A DNA stretch of 64,000 bases. Origin: an uncultured Actinomycetota bacterium. Its GTDB lineage: Bacteria > Actinomycetota > Actinomycetes > JACCUZ01. Position 1 is the first letter of the stretch, and each line of letters starts with the position of its first letter. The notes beneath the pieces are model-generated. The model searched no databases and was not told where the DNA came from. It worked only from the letters and a program-made list of their open reading frames with translations. The stretch lies in the NCBI GenBank assembly GCA_963784645.1, contig CAWARY010000003.1, positions 62,561 to 126,560 of the forward strand. Direction: 5' to 3'. Positions 20,580 through 32,913 of the stretch are shown piece after piece. The position numbers and the translations under genes are program-made.

Positions 20580-21449
20580 ATGCCGACCTCGCCGCTGCAC
20601 GCCCCGGTGCTCGACTGGTTCGCCGCGCACGCCCGCGACCTGCCGTGGCGGGTGCCGGGCACCGCCCCGTGGGCCGTCCTCGTCAGCGAGGTGATGCTCC
20701 AGCAGACCCCGGTCGCCCGGGTCGAGCCGGTCTACCGGGCCTGGCTGGCGCGCTGGCCCGGTCCCACCGACCTGGCGGCCGAGGCGCCCGGCGAGGCGGT
20801 GCGGATGTGGGGCCGGCTGGGCTACCCGCGCCGCGCGCTGCGGCTGCACGCCGCCGCCGTCACGGTCGTCGAGCGCCACGGCGGGGAGCTGCCGTCGACC
20901 TACGCCGGCCTGCGAGCGCTGCCCGGGGTCGGCGACTACACGGCCGCGGCGGTGATGTCCTTCGGCCACGGCGCCCGGCACGCGGTCCTGGACACCAACG
21001 TCCGCCGGGTGCTGGCCCGCGCCGTGGGCGGTGCGGAGCAGCCGGCGCCGGCCCTGACCGCGGGCGAGCGGGACCGTGCGGAGGCCGTGGTGCCGGACGA
21101 GCCGGCGGTGGCGGCGCGGTGGGCCGTCGCGGTCATGGAGCTCGGTGCCCTGGTGTGCACCGCGCGGTCGCCGCGCTGTGCCGAGTGCCCGCTCGGCGAG
21201 CGGTGCGCCTGGCGAGCGGCCGGGTCGCCGGCGTACGACGGCCCGGTGCGGCGGGTGCAGGCCTTCGCCGGCACCGACCGGCAGGTGCGGGGCCTGCTCA
21301 TGGCGGTGCTGCGGGACCGGCCCGGCCCGGCCGGTGCCGAGGAGCTGGCGGCCGTCTGGGCCGACCCGGCCCAGCGGGACCGCGCCCTCGCCGCGCTGGT
21401 CGCGGACGGCCTGGTCGTGCCGGACGGCGGCTCCTACCGCCTGCCGTGA
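20580..21449 (+). CDS. mutY: A/G-specific adenine glycosylase MutY
   Basis: RDLPWR, VSEVMLQQT, LGYPRRA, LPGVGDYTA, DTNV and the 4Fe-4S Cys motif CTARSPRCAECPLGERC. Confidence 0.95.
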   Translation: MPTSPLHAPVLDWFAAHARDLPWRVPGTAPWAVLVSEVMLQQTPVARVEPVYRAWLARWPGPTDLAAEAPGEAVRMWGRLGYPRRALRLHAAAVTVVERHGGELPSTYAGLRALPGVGDYTAAAVMSFGHGARHAVLDTNVRRVLARAVGGAEQPAPALTAGERDRAEAVVPDEPAVAARWAVAVMELGALVCTARSPRCAECPLGERCAWRAAGSPAYDGPVRRVQAFAGTDRQVRGLLMAVLRDRPGPAGAEELAAVWADPAQRDRALAALVADGLVVPDGGSYRLP

Positions 21450-21489
21450 GGACGGGCGTAGGGTCTCGCTCTTGTGTCCCTGCCACCCG

Positions 21490-21584
21490 GAGTTGATCAC
21501 GGTCCCGTGGTCGACTCGTGTCGGCAGTGGCGTGCAAGCCGCGGTCGGGCCGAGATGACCACGGTCCCGTGATCATTTCGGGGA
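21490..21584 (+). repeat. 95-bp dispersed REP-doublet/MITE-like element, copy A
   Basis: 83/95 identical to the reverse complement of 60624-60718; palindromic TGATCACGG-NN-CCGTGATCA-type units at both ends. Confidence 0.88.
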
Positions 21585-22390
21585 AGGTCGGCGCGCTACG
21601 GCCCGCGGCGGCGCTGGCGGGGGCGGGGTACCGCCGGTGGGCGACCTACCGGCAGGCCGCGGTGGCCGGCGTCTTCGTCAACACCGTCTTCGGTGTCATC
21701 AAGCTGTCGATCCTGCTCGGTATCGCGACGTCCGCCGGCGGGTCGGTGGCCGGGTACGACGCCGCCAGCCTGTCGACGTACGCCTGGGTCTCGCAGGCGA
21801 TGATCGCGGTGGTGATGATCTTCGGCTGGACCGAGCTGGCCGACCGGGTCCGCACCGGGGACATCGCCGTCGACCTGGCCCGACCGGTCGACCTGCAGCT
21901 GTCCTGGCTGGCCACCGACCTGGGACGAGCGGCGTGGGGACTGGTGTCCCGGGCCGCAGTGCCGATCCTGTTCGGCGCGGCGTTCTTCGGCTTCCACTGG
22001 CCGGACGACCCGACCGCGATCGCACTGCTCCCCGTCTCGCTGGTGCTGGCCGTCTGCGTCTCGTTCGCGATGCGGTTCATGCTCAACCTGCTGGCGTTCT
22101 GGCTCACCGAGATCCGCGGGCTGGTGCTGCTCTACGTCCTGGTGGCCGGCCTGCTCGGCGGCCACCTCGTCCCGGTGCAGCTGTTCCCCGGCTGGTTGCA
22201 GACCGTCGCCTACGCGACGCCGTTCCCCGCGATGGTGCAGTTCACGATCGACCTCGTGACCGGCCAGGCGACCGGGCTCCGGGCAGTCGGCGAGGTTGCC
22301 GCCCAGCTCGGCTGGGCGATCGTGCTGCTGCTCGCAGGCCGCGTGGTGCTGGCCCGGGCGACCCGCCGGCTGGTGGTGCAGGGTGGCTGA
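21569..22390 (+). CDS. ABC-2 family transporter permease
   Basis: RVRTGDIAVDLARP motif and several TM helices; start uncertain. Confidence 0.88.
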   Translation: MIISGKVGALRPAAALAGAGYRRWATYRQAAVAGVFVNTVFGVIKLSILLGIATSAGGSVAGYDAASLSTYAWVSQAMIAVVMIFGWTELADRVRTGDIAVDLARPVDLQLSWLATDLGRAAWGLVSRAAVPILFGAAFFGFHWPDDPTAIALLPVSLVLAVCVSFAMRFMLNLLAFWLTEIRGLVLLYVLVAGLLGGHLVPVQLFPGWLQTVAYATPFPAMVQFTIDLVTGQATGLRAVGEVAAQLGWAIVLLLAGRVVLARATRRLVVQGG

Positions 22391-23225
22391 CGCCGCGGTG
22401 GCGACGGCTGCGACGGTACGGCCGCCGACCGTCGCGCAGGCCTACCTCGCCATCATCCGGTCGCGGGTCGCGGCGCAGGCCTCCTACCGCGCGTCGTTCG
22501 CGGTCGAGCTGGGCTCCCAGGTGCTGCTCGTGCTGGTCGAGTTCGTCGAGATCTACGTGGTGTTCCACCAGGTCGACAGCCTGGGCGGCTTCGACTACGC
22601 CGAGGTCGCCGTGATGTACGGGCTCGGCGTGAGCAGCTTCGGCATCGCCGACCTCGCGGTCGGCCACATCGACCGGCTGCCGACCTACCTCCGCACCGGC
22701 ACCTTCGACTCGTTCCTGCTCCGGCCGCTCTCCGCTCTCGGCCAGCTGGTCACGAGCGACTTCAGCCTGCGCCGGCTCGGCCGGGTGGTCACCGGCCTGG
22801 CGGTGCTCGGTGTCGCCCTGCACGCCGCCGACGTCGGCTGGACGCCGGCCCGGGTCGGCCTGCTCGTGGTCACGCCGGTCGCCGGCGCGATCGTGTTCAG
22901 CGCGGTGTTCGTCGCCGCGTCCGTGATCGGCTTCTGGGTGGTGGAGGGGATGGAGTTCGCGAACGCCTTCACCTACGGGGGCAACTACCTGTCGGGCTTC
23001 CCGTTCACGGTCTTCGGCTCGGCGATCCGGCGGTTCTTCACCTTCCTCGTGCCGGTCGGGTTCGTCGCGTACCTTCCCTCGCTGGCGCTGCTGGGTCGCG
23101 ACGACCCGCTCGGCATGCCGGGCTGGGTGTCGTGGTGCTCGCTGCCGGTGTCGCTGGTCGCCATGGCCGCGGCGCTGCTCCTGTGGCGGATCGGGCTCCG
23201 GCGCTACGTGGGAACCGGCTCGTGA
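22383..23225 (+). CDS. ABC-2 family transporter permease
   Basis: GTFDSFLLRP motif and TM helices. Confidence 0.88.
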   Translation: MADAAVATAATVRPPTVAQAYLAIIRSRVAAQASYRASFAVELGSQVLLVLVEFVEIYVVFHQVDSLGGFDYAEVAVMYGLGVSSFGIADLAVGHIDRLPTYLRTGTFDSFLLRPLSALGQLVTSDFSLRRLGRVVTGLAVLGVALHAADVGWTPARVGLLVVTPVAGAIVFSAVFVAASVIGFWVVEGMEFANAFTYGGNYLSGFPFTVFGSAIRRFFTFLVPVGFVAYLPSLALLGRDDPLGMPGWVSWCSLPVSLVAMAAALLLWRIGLRRYVGTGS

Positions 23226-24178
23226 TCGTCGACGTGCGGGACCTGCGCCGGGAGTTCGTCGTGCGACGCAAGGCGGGACGGCTGCGCCGCACCCGCGACG
23301 TGGTCGCCGCCGTCGACGGCGTGTCCTTCGGCATCGAGCCGGGCGAGTGCGTCGGCTACATCGGCGCGAACGGCGCCGGCAAGTCCACCACGATCAAGAT
23401 GCTCACCGGCATCCTGGTGCCGACGTCCGGCCACGTCCGGGTGTGCGGGCTCGAGCCGGTGCGCGAGAGGACCCAGCTGGCCCGGCAGATCGGCGCCGTG
23501 TTCGGCCAGCGCAGCCAGCTGTGGTGGGACCTCCCGCTGCGCGACTCGTTCCGACTGCTCGCCGCGATCCACCGGCTGACCGGTCCCACCTGGCAGGCGC
23601 GGCTGGACGAGTGCATCGCGCTGCTGGAGATGGAGCCGTTCCTCGACACCCCCGTACGGCAGCTCTCGCTCGGGCAGCGGATGCGCGGCGAGGTGACGGC
23701 GGCGCTGCTGCACTCCCCCGACCTGCTCGTCCTCGACGAGCCGACGATCGGGCTGGACCTGCTCAGCAAGGAGCGGCTGCGCGGCTTCCTCGTCCGGGAG
23801 CGCGTCGAGCGCGGCACCACCGTGCTGCTCACCACCCACGACCTGCCCGACATCGAGCGGCTCTGCGACCGGATCCTCGTGGTCGACCACGGCCGGGTCG
23901 CCTACGACGGCACGCTGCCCGGCCTGGTCGCCCGTGTCGGCGCCGAGCGGGTCCTCGTCGTCGACCTGGTCGAGCCGGCACCCCCGCTGACCGACGTCCC
24001 CGGCACCACCCTGCGCCAGGTGGAGGCCGACGGCCTGCGCCAGCACCTCTCGTTCCGCTCGGAGGAGACCAGCGCGGCCGCTGTCGTCGCCGCCGTGTCG
24101 GCCCGGGTCGAGCTGCGCGACCTGTCGGTCGTCGAGCCCGCGATCGAGGACGTCGTCCGCCGCCTCTACCTGTCCTGA
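23222..24178 (+). CDS. ABC transporter ATP-binding protein
   Basis: GANGAGKS, QRSQLWWDLP, LSLGQ, LDEPT. Confidence 0.95.
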   Translation: MIVDVRDLRREFVVRRKAGRLRRTRDVVAAVDGVSFGIEPGECVGYIGANGAGKSTTIKMLTGILVPTSGHVRVCGLEPVRERTQLARQIGAVFGQRSQLWWDLPLRDSFRLLAAIHRLTGPTWQARLDECIALLEMEPFLDTPVRQLSLGQRMRGEVTAALLHSPDLLVLDEPTIGLDLLSKERLRGFLVRERVERGTTVLLTTHDLPDIERLCDRILVVDHGRVAYDGTLPGLVARVGAERVLVVDLVEPAPPLTDVPGTTLRQVEADGLRQHLSFRSEETSAAAVVAAVSARVELRDLSVVEPAIEDVVRRLYLS

Positions 24179-25203
24179 GGCGTGGCGCAGTACGGCTCGG
24201 TGCGGCCGTTCTGCTTGGCGTGGTACATCGCGCGGTCCGCCTCGGCGAACAGGGCCCCGCGCGACATGCTGCTCGACCGCGGCCACGCGATGCCGCAGCT
24301 GACCCCGGCCGGGTGCGGCAGCGCCCGGACCGCCCCCATGAACCGGCTGATAGCCGCTTCCACCCGCCCGACGTCGCCGGTCGGGACGACCAGGCAGAAC
24401 TCGTCGCCACCGGTCCGGGCGGCCAGCGAGCCCGGGAGCTGCTCGGACACCTCCGCCAGGGCGCGGGCGACACCGCGCAGCAGTCGGTCGCCGGCGGCGT
24501 GGCCGTCGCGGTCGTTCACCAGCTTGAGGTCGTTGACGTCGAGGGACACCACGACGAGGCCGGTCCGCGACGGGACCATGCCGGCGGCCGCCTGGTCCAG
24601 CCGGCGACGGTTCGCCAGGCCCGTCAGCGGGTCCTGGTAGGCGAGCTCGGTGAGCGTGCTCTCCCGGACCGCCCGGGACACGCCGGTCGCGAGGATCGCC
24701 GCCAGCGTCTCGACGTAGGCCAGGTCGGTGTCGTCGAACGCCGACCGCCCGAGGTGCCGGGTGAAGTAGAGCTCGCCCCACAGCTCGCCGTCCACGACGA
24801 CGGGCGCACCGAGGGACGCCCCCTTCTCCAGGGCCACGAGCAGCGCCAGCTCCTGCGGGTCGGGGTGCTCATCGGTCCGGGCGCACGTCCAGGGCCGTAG
24901 GTCGCCGACGACTTGGCTCAGCTTGGGGAAGCCCGCGAGCTGGTAGGTCTCGTCCCGCGGCCGCGGCTCCTCGGCCGGGCTGAGGTCGCCGACGTTGACG
25001 AGGACGCGGACCAGGCCGGCGGGACGGTCGAGGACGCTCACCGAGGCCGAGTCGGCGTCCACCACCCGGCAGCCCTCGGAGACCGCCCGCTCGAGCACGT
25101 CGAACAGGTCCCGGGAGAAGCCGAGGGCGCGCGCCATCGAGGCAAGGCTGCGCAGGCGCTCGCCCTCCGCGGTGCTCACCGGGGGCAGCGCGGGCCGAGC
25201 CAT
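24166..25203 (-). CDS. GAF-GGDEF diguanylate cyclase
   Basis: GAF-like N-terminus (APVVVDGELWGEL), DPLTGLANRR, NDRDGH and an intact GGDEF. Confidence 0.9.
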   Translation of the reverse strand: MARPALPPVSTAEGERLRSLASMARALGFSRDLFDVLERAVSEGCRVVDADSASVSVLDRPAGLVRVLVNVGDLSPAEEPRPRDETYQLAGFPKLSQVVGDLRPWTCARTDEHPDPQELALLVALEKGASLGAPVVVDGELWGELYFTRHLGRSAFDDTDLAYVETLAAILATGVSRAVRESTLTELAYQDPLTGLANRRRLDQAAAGMVPSRTGLVVVSLDVNDLKLVNDRDGHAAGDRLLRGVARALAEVSEQLPGSLAARTGGDEFCLVVPTGDVGRVEAAISRFMGAVRALPHPAGVSCGIAWPRSSSMSRGALFAEADRAMYHAKQNGRTEPYCATPQDR

Positions 25204-25445
25204 CACCTGGTCCACCCTTCTCTTGTCGGCACCGCCGGGTGTCAGATTGACCGTGCGCCGGCGGTGGGCGCGCCCCGTCTGCGGCCGGAGGCGGCGGCGC
25301 AGCGCACGGGCCGGGGCCCGCACTGGGGCCGGCAGCACCCGCACCACGGGTCGCAGCCGGGCCGGTGTCTGCCGCGCGGACCGGCCGGGTTCGGTCCCGG
25401 GTGGTGATCGTTCGGCGCCGGTTGCGGCAGGATCGGCGGATGGTG

Positions 25446-26717
25446 ATGAGCCTCGGCCGGGCCGTGCAGTCTCGCATCTACCGTGACGGATCCTTCGGGC
25501 GGCGCCCGACGGTGCCGGTGTCGGCAGCCGCGCTGGAGGAGGCGGCGCGACGGCGGATGTCCCGCAGGGCCTTCGCGTACGTCGCCGGGTCGGCCGGCCA
25601 GGAACGCACCACCGACGCCAACCAGGCGGCCTTCGCGCGGTGGGCGACGGTGCCACGGATGCTACGGGACACGTCGGTCCGTGACACGACGACCGAGCTG
25701 TTCGGTCGGACCGTCCCCGCGCCGCTGCTCGCCGCGCCGGTCGGCGTCCTCGAGCTGGCGCACGACGGGGCCGACGTCGCCGTGGCGGAAGCGACTGCCT
25801 CGCTCGGGCTGCCGATGGTCTTCTCGACCCAGGCGTCACGATCGATGGAGGACTGTGCCGCGGCGATGGGTGAGGCGCCCCGATGGTTCCAGCTCTACTG
25901 GAGCAGCTCCGACGAGCTGGTCGCGAGCTTCCTGTCCCGGGCCGAGGCCGCCGGCTGCGAGGCGGTGGTGGTCACGCTCGACACGCACGTGCTCGGCTGG
26001 CGGCCTCGGGACCTCGACCTGGGGTACCTGCCGTTCGCGCACGGGAAGGGGATCGCGCAGTACACCAGCGACCCGGTGTTCCGTCGGCTCGCGCAGCAGC
26101 GGGCCGACGACCCCGGCCCGGCTGCGGCCCGGCCCCGGCCCACGCCCGGCGCGGTCCGGACCCTCCTCGACCTGAGCCGGGCCCACCCCGGTGGGCTGGT
26201 CGACAACCTCCGCTCGCCGCTGCCCCGGGCGGCGGTGGAGACCTTCCTCGACGTCTTCAGCCACCCGTCGCTCACCTGGGCCGACCTGCCGCGGCTCCGC
26301 GCGCTGACGTCCTTGCCGGTCCTCGTCAAGGGCGTGCTGTCCGCCGGCGACGCCGAGCGGGCGCTGGACGCCGGCGTCGACGGCATCGTCGTGTCCAACC
26401 ACGGCGGCCGGCAGGTCGACAACGCCGTGGCCGCCCTGGACGCACTGGTCGACGTCGTGGCGCGGGTCGCCGGCCGGGTGCCGGTGCTGATGGACTCGGG
26501 CGTCCGCACCGGCGGCGACGTCTTCACCGCGCTCGCCCTCGGCGCCCACGCGGTGCTCGTCGGCCGGCCGTACGTCTACGGGCTGGCGCTGGCCGGCGCA
26601 GACGGCGTCCGCGCGGTGCTCGAGCACCTGATGGCCGAGCTGGACCTCACGATGGCGCTCACCGGCTGCAGGTCGACCAGCGAGATCACCCGCGACCTCG
26701 TGGTTCCCCGCCCCTGA
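25446..26717 (+). CDS. Lactate 2-monooxygenase / FMN-dependent alpha-hydroxy acid oxidase
   Basis: WFQLY, TLDT..GWRPRDL, VKG, SNHGGRQ, DSGVR, GRPY. Confidence 0.9.
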   Translation: MSLGRAVQSRIYRDGSFGRRPTVPVSAAALEEAARRRMSRRAFAYVAGSAGQERTTDANQAAFARWATVPRMLRDTSVRDTTTELFGRTVPAPLLAAPVGVLELAHDGADVAVAEATASLGLPMVFSTQASRSMEDCAAAMGEAPRWFQLYWSSSDELVASFLSRAEAAGCEAVVVTLDTHVLGWRPRDLDLGYLPFAHGKGIAQYTSDPVFRRLAQQRADDPGPAAARPRPTPGAVRTLLDLSRAHPGGLVDNLRSPLPRAAVETFLDVFSHPSLTWADLPRLRALTSLPVLVKGVLSAGDAERALDAGVDGIVVSNHGGRQVDNAVAALDALVDVVARVAGRVPVLMDSGVRTGGDVFTALALGAHAVLVGRPYVYGLALAGADGVRAVLEHLMAELDLTMALTGCRSTSEITRDLVVPRP

Positions 26718-26805
26718 AGACCATCGGCTCCCTGCCTGCTCGCGACACCCCGGGGAGATGTGCGTGTCGGGAGCCATTGATCATGAGCCGGCGCATCGGG
26801 GAACA

Positions 26806-26840
26806 CGACAGGCCCCGACCGTGGTGGTCGGGGCCTGTCG
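26806..26840 (-). terminator. Intrinsic terminator hairpin downstream of clpC1
   Basis: CGACAGGCCCCGACC-N5-GGTCGGGGCCTGTCG, a perfect 15-bp stem between convergent genes. Confidence 0.8.
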
Positions 26841-26863
26841 CGGCGTACGGCGCGCGGTGTGCG

Positions 26864-29368
<2,505 letters not shown>

Positions 29369-29647
29369 GTTCTGCGCTCCTCACGAGAGCGGTCGGGCAG
29401 GTGGTGCGACCCGCCTCGACGGCGGGTCACCTGTCCCTCGCATGCTAGTCCGCACGCTGACCGGTCTTGCCTGTAGTTCTCCATCCGCGACCTGGCCGGG
29501 TCGTCCCCGGCCGGTCCCGCTACTGCGTACTCGGTCACAACTGCCCTGGGCCTGACCCTGTTCCGGCAACTGTCTCGGGCCCGCTACGCCACCAGCGAAC
29601 GCCCACCGCGGCGCGCAGACCACCCGGCCGGGGTGCATGATCGAGGC

Positions 29648-30250
29648 GTGCCCGAGGTCCTCCGGTGCGCCCCCGGCGGGCGTGAGCGCGCGCTGGGCAC
29701 CGTGGTGGCCGCCTTCGCCACCGACCCGCTGCTGCGCTGGGTCTGGCCCTCCGACGAGCGGTACGACCTCCTCGCGGCCGCCTTCTTCGGCCTCCTGCTC
29801 GACGTCCGCCTCGAGGCCGGGGAGGTCTGGACCACCGACGACGGCGCCGCCGTCGCGATGTGGGACCCGCCCGGCGGGCTCTACCAGGAGGTGCCCGGCC
29901 AGCGGTGGGCGGCGGTCCAGCGGGACTTCACGCCGCGCGAGAGGGACGCCTGGGCCACCTACGACGCGACGATGTCGGTGCCCGAGGAGGCCGGTCCGCA
30001 CTGGTACCTCGGTGTGCTGGCCACCGAGCCGGCGCGCCGGCGCAGCGGCCTGGGCCGGGCGGTCACCGCGCCGATGCTCGCCGCGGCCGACCGCACCGGG
30101 CTGCCGGCGTACCTGGAGACCGCGAGCGAGGCCAACGTGGCCATCTACCGCCGGCTGGGCTTCGAGCCGGTCCGCGACGCCACGATGCCGGACGGCGGCC
30201 CGACCTGCTGGTTGATGCGCCGCGAGCCACAGGCGGTGGCACCCACATGA
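29648..30250 (+). CDS. GNAT N-acetyltransferase (puromycin acetyltransferase-like)
   Basis: HWYLGVLAT, RRSGLG, AYLETA, YRRLGF; CATGAT 6 nt upstream of GTG 29648. Confidence 0.88.
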   Translation: MPEVLRCAPGGRERALGTVVAAFATDPLLRWVWPSDERYDLLAAAFFGLLLDVRLEAGEVWTTDDGAAVAMWDPPGGLYQEVPGQRWAAVQRDFTPRERDAWATYDATMSVPEEAGPHWYLGVLATEPARRRSGLGRAVTAPMLAAADRTGLPAYLETASEANVAIYRRLGFEPVRDATMPDGGPTCWLMRREPQAVAPT

Positions 30251-30912
30251 CCGACGTGCTCGTGGTGGTGGCCGCCGGCCCCGGCCTGGGCCGCGCCGTG
30301 GCGATGCGGTTCGCGCGGGAGGGTGCCGCGGTCGGGTTGGTGGCCCGCTCGACGGACAAGCTCACCGGGCTGGTCGCCGAGCTCGCCGCCGCCGGCGCGG
30401 CGGCCGTGGCCACGGCCACGGCTGACGTCGGTGACGAGCGCGGGCTGCGGGGCGCGCTGGCCGCCCTGCGCGCCGAGCTCGGCGCGGTGACTGCGCTGGT
30501 CTACAACGGTTCGGCCTACGTCGAGGGCTCGGTGACGTCCCTGCCGGCCGACCGGCTGCGGCTGGCCCTCGACGTCGGTGTGGTCGGGGCGCTGGTCGCC
30601 GCCCAGGCGACGGTCCCCGACATGCGCGCCGCGGGTCACGGGACGGTGCTGCTCACGGGGAGTGTCGCCGCCGACCGCCCGTCCACCAGCGCGGCCGCGG
30701 TCGGCGTGGCGAAAGCCGGCCTCCGCAGCCTCGCGCGGTCGCTGCACAAGGAGGTCGCCCCCGACGGCATCCGGGTCACCACCGTCACGATCGACGGGGT
30801 GCTCGCCGGGCCGAAGGCACTCGACATCGACGAGATCGCCGACCTCTACTGGGACCTGCACACCCGCCCCGAGACGCCGCCGGACGTCGTGACCTTCCCC
30901 ACGCCCGGCTGA
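30247..30912 (+). CDS. SDR-family oxidoreductase
   Basis: AAGPGLG Rossmann motif, YNG, AKAGLR; ATGA overlap with the GNAT stop. Confidence 0.88.
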   Translation: MTDVLVVVAAGPGLGRAVAMRFAREGAAVGLVARSTDKLTGLVAELAAAGAAAVATATADVGDERGLRGALAALRAELGAVTALVYNGSAYVEGSVTSLPADRLRLALDVGVVGALVAAQATVPDMRAAGHGTVLLTGSVAADRPSTSAAAVGVAKAGLRSLARSLHKEVAPDGIRVTTVTIDGVLAGPKALDIDEIADLYWDLHTRPETPPDVVTFPTPG

Positions 30913-30950
30913 CGGCGTGGGCTCCAGGTCGGCAGGGTAGGCACGCCGGT

Positions 30951-31625
30951 GTGCGCACCCTCGTCACCGCCCTGGTCGTCCTGCTGCTCGTCGCCGTCGG
31001 TGGCGACCTGCTGGCCGAGAAGGTCGCCACCGACCGGGCCGAGTCGAGGCTGCGCGACGAGGGGCTGCGCAACCCTCAGGTGAGCGTCGGCGGCTACCCG
31101 TTCCTCACCCAGCTCATCGGCCGCAGCTTCGACCACGTCACGGTCACCGCGGACGCGATCGACACCGCCTCCGGGAGGGCCCGTGACCTCGACGTGGCGG
31201 CGTCCTCGGTCTCCTCCCGCTCCGGTGACCGCGCCCTGGTCGGCTCGCTGCGGGCGTCCGGCCGCATCACCTACGCCGAGGTGCTGGCCCGCGCGAAGGT
31301 GCGCGGGGTGACCCTCGAGCCGGCCGGTGACGGGCAGGTGCGGGTCACGGGCACCATCGACCTGCTCGGCGACCAGCACACCCTGGCTGCGGTGGGGAGG
31401 GTCAAGGCCTCCGACCGGGCCATCGACGTGACACCGTCCGGGTTCCAGCTCGACGGCGCGCCGGTCCGGACCCCACGGCTCCTGGACCAGCTCACCCGGA
31501 TCTACACACTGAGGTACCGGCTCCGCGACCTGCCCCAGGGCCTGACCATCACGGACCTGGCGGCGGCCGATGACGGCTTCCACGTGGTCGTCACCGGCAC
31601 CGACGTGACCGTCCCGGCCGGCTGA
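30951..31625 (+). CDS. LmeA/DUF2993-family protein
   Basis: N-terminal TM helix, VGGYPFLTQL motif, C-terminal LPQGL. Confidence 0.8.
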   Translation: MRTLVTALVVLLLVAVGGDLLAEKVATDRAESRLRDEGLRNPQVSVGGYPFLTQLIGRSFDHVTVTADAIDTASGRARDLDVAASSVSSRSGDRALVGSLRASGRITYAEVLARAKVRGVTLEPAGDGQVRVTGTIDLLGDQHTLAAVGRVKASDRAIDVTPSGFQLDGAPVRTPRLLDQLTRIYTLRYRLRDLPQGLTITDLAAADDGFHVVVTGTDVTVPAG

Positions 31626-31643
31626 GGGCGGTCCGGCGAGGGA

Positions 31644-31994
31644 TCAGCCGGCTGCCGGCCGGACCCGATCGAGCTGGTCCGCCAGGTGGAAGACCTCGGT
31701 GAGCGGGCGCATCGCCTCGTCCGGACGGCCGTCGAGGCCGACGAAGAACTCACCCATCTCGGCCTGCCAGCGGGTGTTCACCTCGGTGGCGGCCATCGCC
31801 TCCTGCGCCGCCACGAAGTCGTCGGTGTCCAGGACACCGACCAGCAGACCGTCCTCGCGCAGGAAGAGCGAGTAGTCGTGCCAGCCGGTGTCCTGCAGCG
31901 CGTGCAGCATCTCCGGCCAGACGGCGGCGTGCCGCTCGCGGTACTCGTCGAGCCGGGCCGGGTCGACCTGCAACGTGAAGCAGACCCGGGCCAC
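31644..31994 (-). CDS. rhaM: L-rhamnose mutarotase
   Basis: EYRERHAAVWPEM, YSLFL, VNTRWQ, EVFHL. Confidence 0.92.
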   Translation of the reverse strand: MARVCFTLQVDPARLDEYRERHAAVWPEMLHALQDTGWHDYSLFLREDGLLVGVLDTDDFVAAQEAMAATEVNTRWQAEMGEFFVGLDGRPDEAMRPLTEVFHLADQLDRVRPAAG

Positions 31995-31995
31995 C

Positions 31996-32844
31996 TCAGT
32001 CGGCCAGCCGCTCGGCCATGAACGCCCGGGCGTGGGTCGCGAGGTCCTTGCCGTCGGTCCAGAGGTTGCGCCAGAGGGCCAGCATCGGCGTGAGATCGGC
32101 GTTGACGACTGCCGACGAGAAGCTCTCGAACGTCACCGGCCCGGTGTAGCCCACCTCGCGGACGGCGGCGAACAGCTGGTCGAAGTCGACGTTGCCGGTG
32201 CCGAGGTACCCGCGGTGCGACTCACCGATGTGCAGGTAGCGGAACCGCTCCCCCGTCGAGTGCACCGGCTCGGCGAGACCGTTCTCCTCGATGTTCATGT
32301 GGTAGCTGTCGAGGTGCACGCCGATGTCGGCGCCGGTCTCGTCGATGAGCGCGACCATCTCGCGTGCCGTGTTGGCGACGTTGGTCTCGTAGCGGTTGAC
32401 GACCTCGAGCGAGAGGTCGATGCCGGCCTGGGTGCACTGCTCGTGCAGCCAGGCCATCGACTCGACGCAGTGCTGCCGCGACACCGGCGAGATGGGGGCG
32501 CCGTACTTGCCCATCATCGAGTACAGGACGCCGCACAGGTGGGTGGCACCGAAGCCGTGCGCCGCCTCGACCGCGGCCGCCAGCAGGTCGCGGCCCTTCG
32601 CGACGACGCTCACGTCCTCGCTCGACACATCGGTGTCGCGACCCAGACCGAGCGAACAGGTCGCCTGCAGCCCGTTGTCGTCGAGCAGCCGGCGGGTCAT
32701 CGCCGGGTCGACCGACCAGGGGTCGAGCAGGGGGATCTCGAGGATGTCGAAGCCGGCCTCGCGGGTCGACTCGACGGCCAGCCGTGCCGACGGCTCGCTC
32801 CAGTCGCCGACCCAGACCAGCGCGTGCACTCCCAGTGGATTCAT
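31996..32844 (-). CDS. D-tagatose/D-psicose/L-ribulose 3-epimerase-family protein
   Basis: LEVVNRYE, HLDSYHMNIEE, HIGESHRG, TFESF (E-D-H-E metal site). Confidence 0.85.
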   Translation of the reverse strand: MNPLGVHALVWVGDWSEPSARLAVESTREAGFDILEIPLLDPWSVDPAMTRRLLDDNGLQATCSLGLGRDTDVSSEDVSVVAKGRDLLAAAVEAAHGFGATHLCGVLYSMMGKYGAPISPVSRQHCVESMAWLHEQCTQAGIDLSLEVVNRYETNVANTAREMVALIDETGADIGVHLDSYHMNIEENGLAEPVHSTGERFRYLHIGESHRGYLGTGNVDFDQLFAAVREVGYTGPVTFESFSSAVVNADLTPMLALWRNLWTDGKDLATHARAFMAERLAD

Positions 32845-32913
32845 CCCGGTCCTCTTTCTCGTGTCGAGCAGTCAGGTCTGTCGATCGGGACGCGGGCAGG
32901 CTGCCCGCGACGG

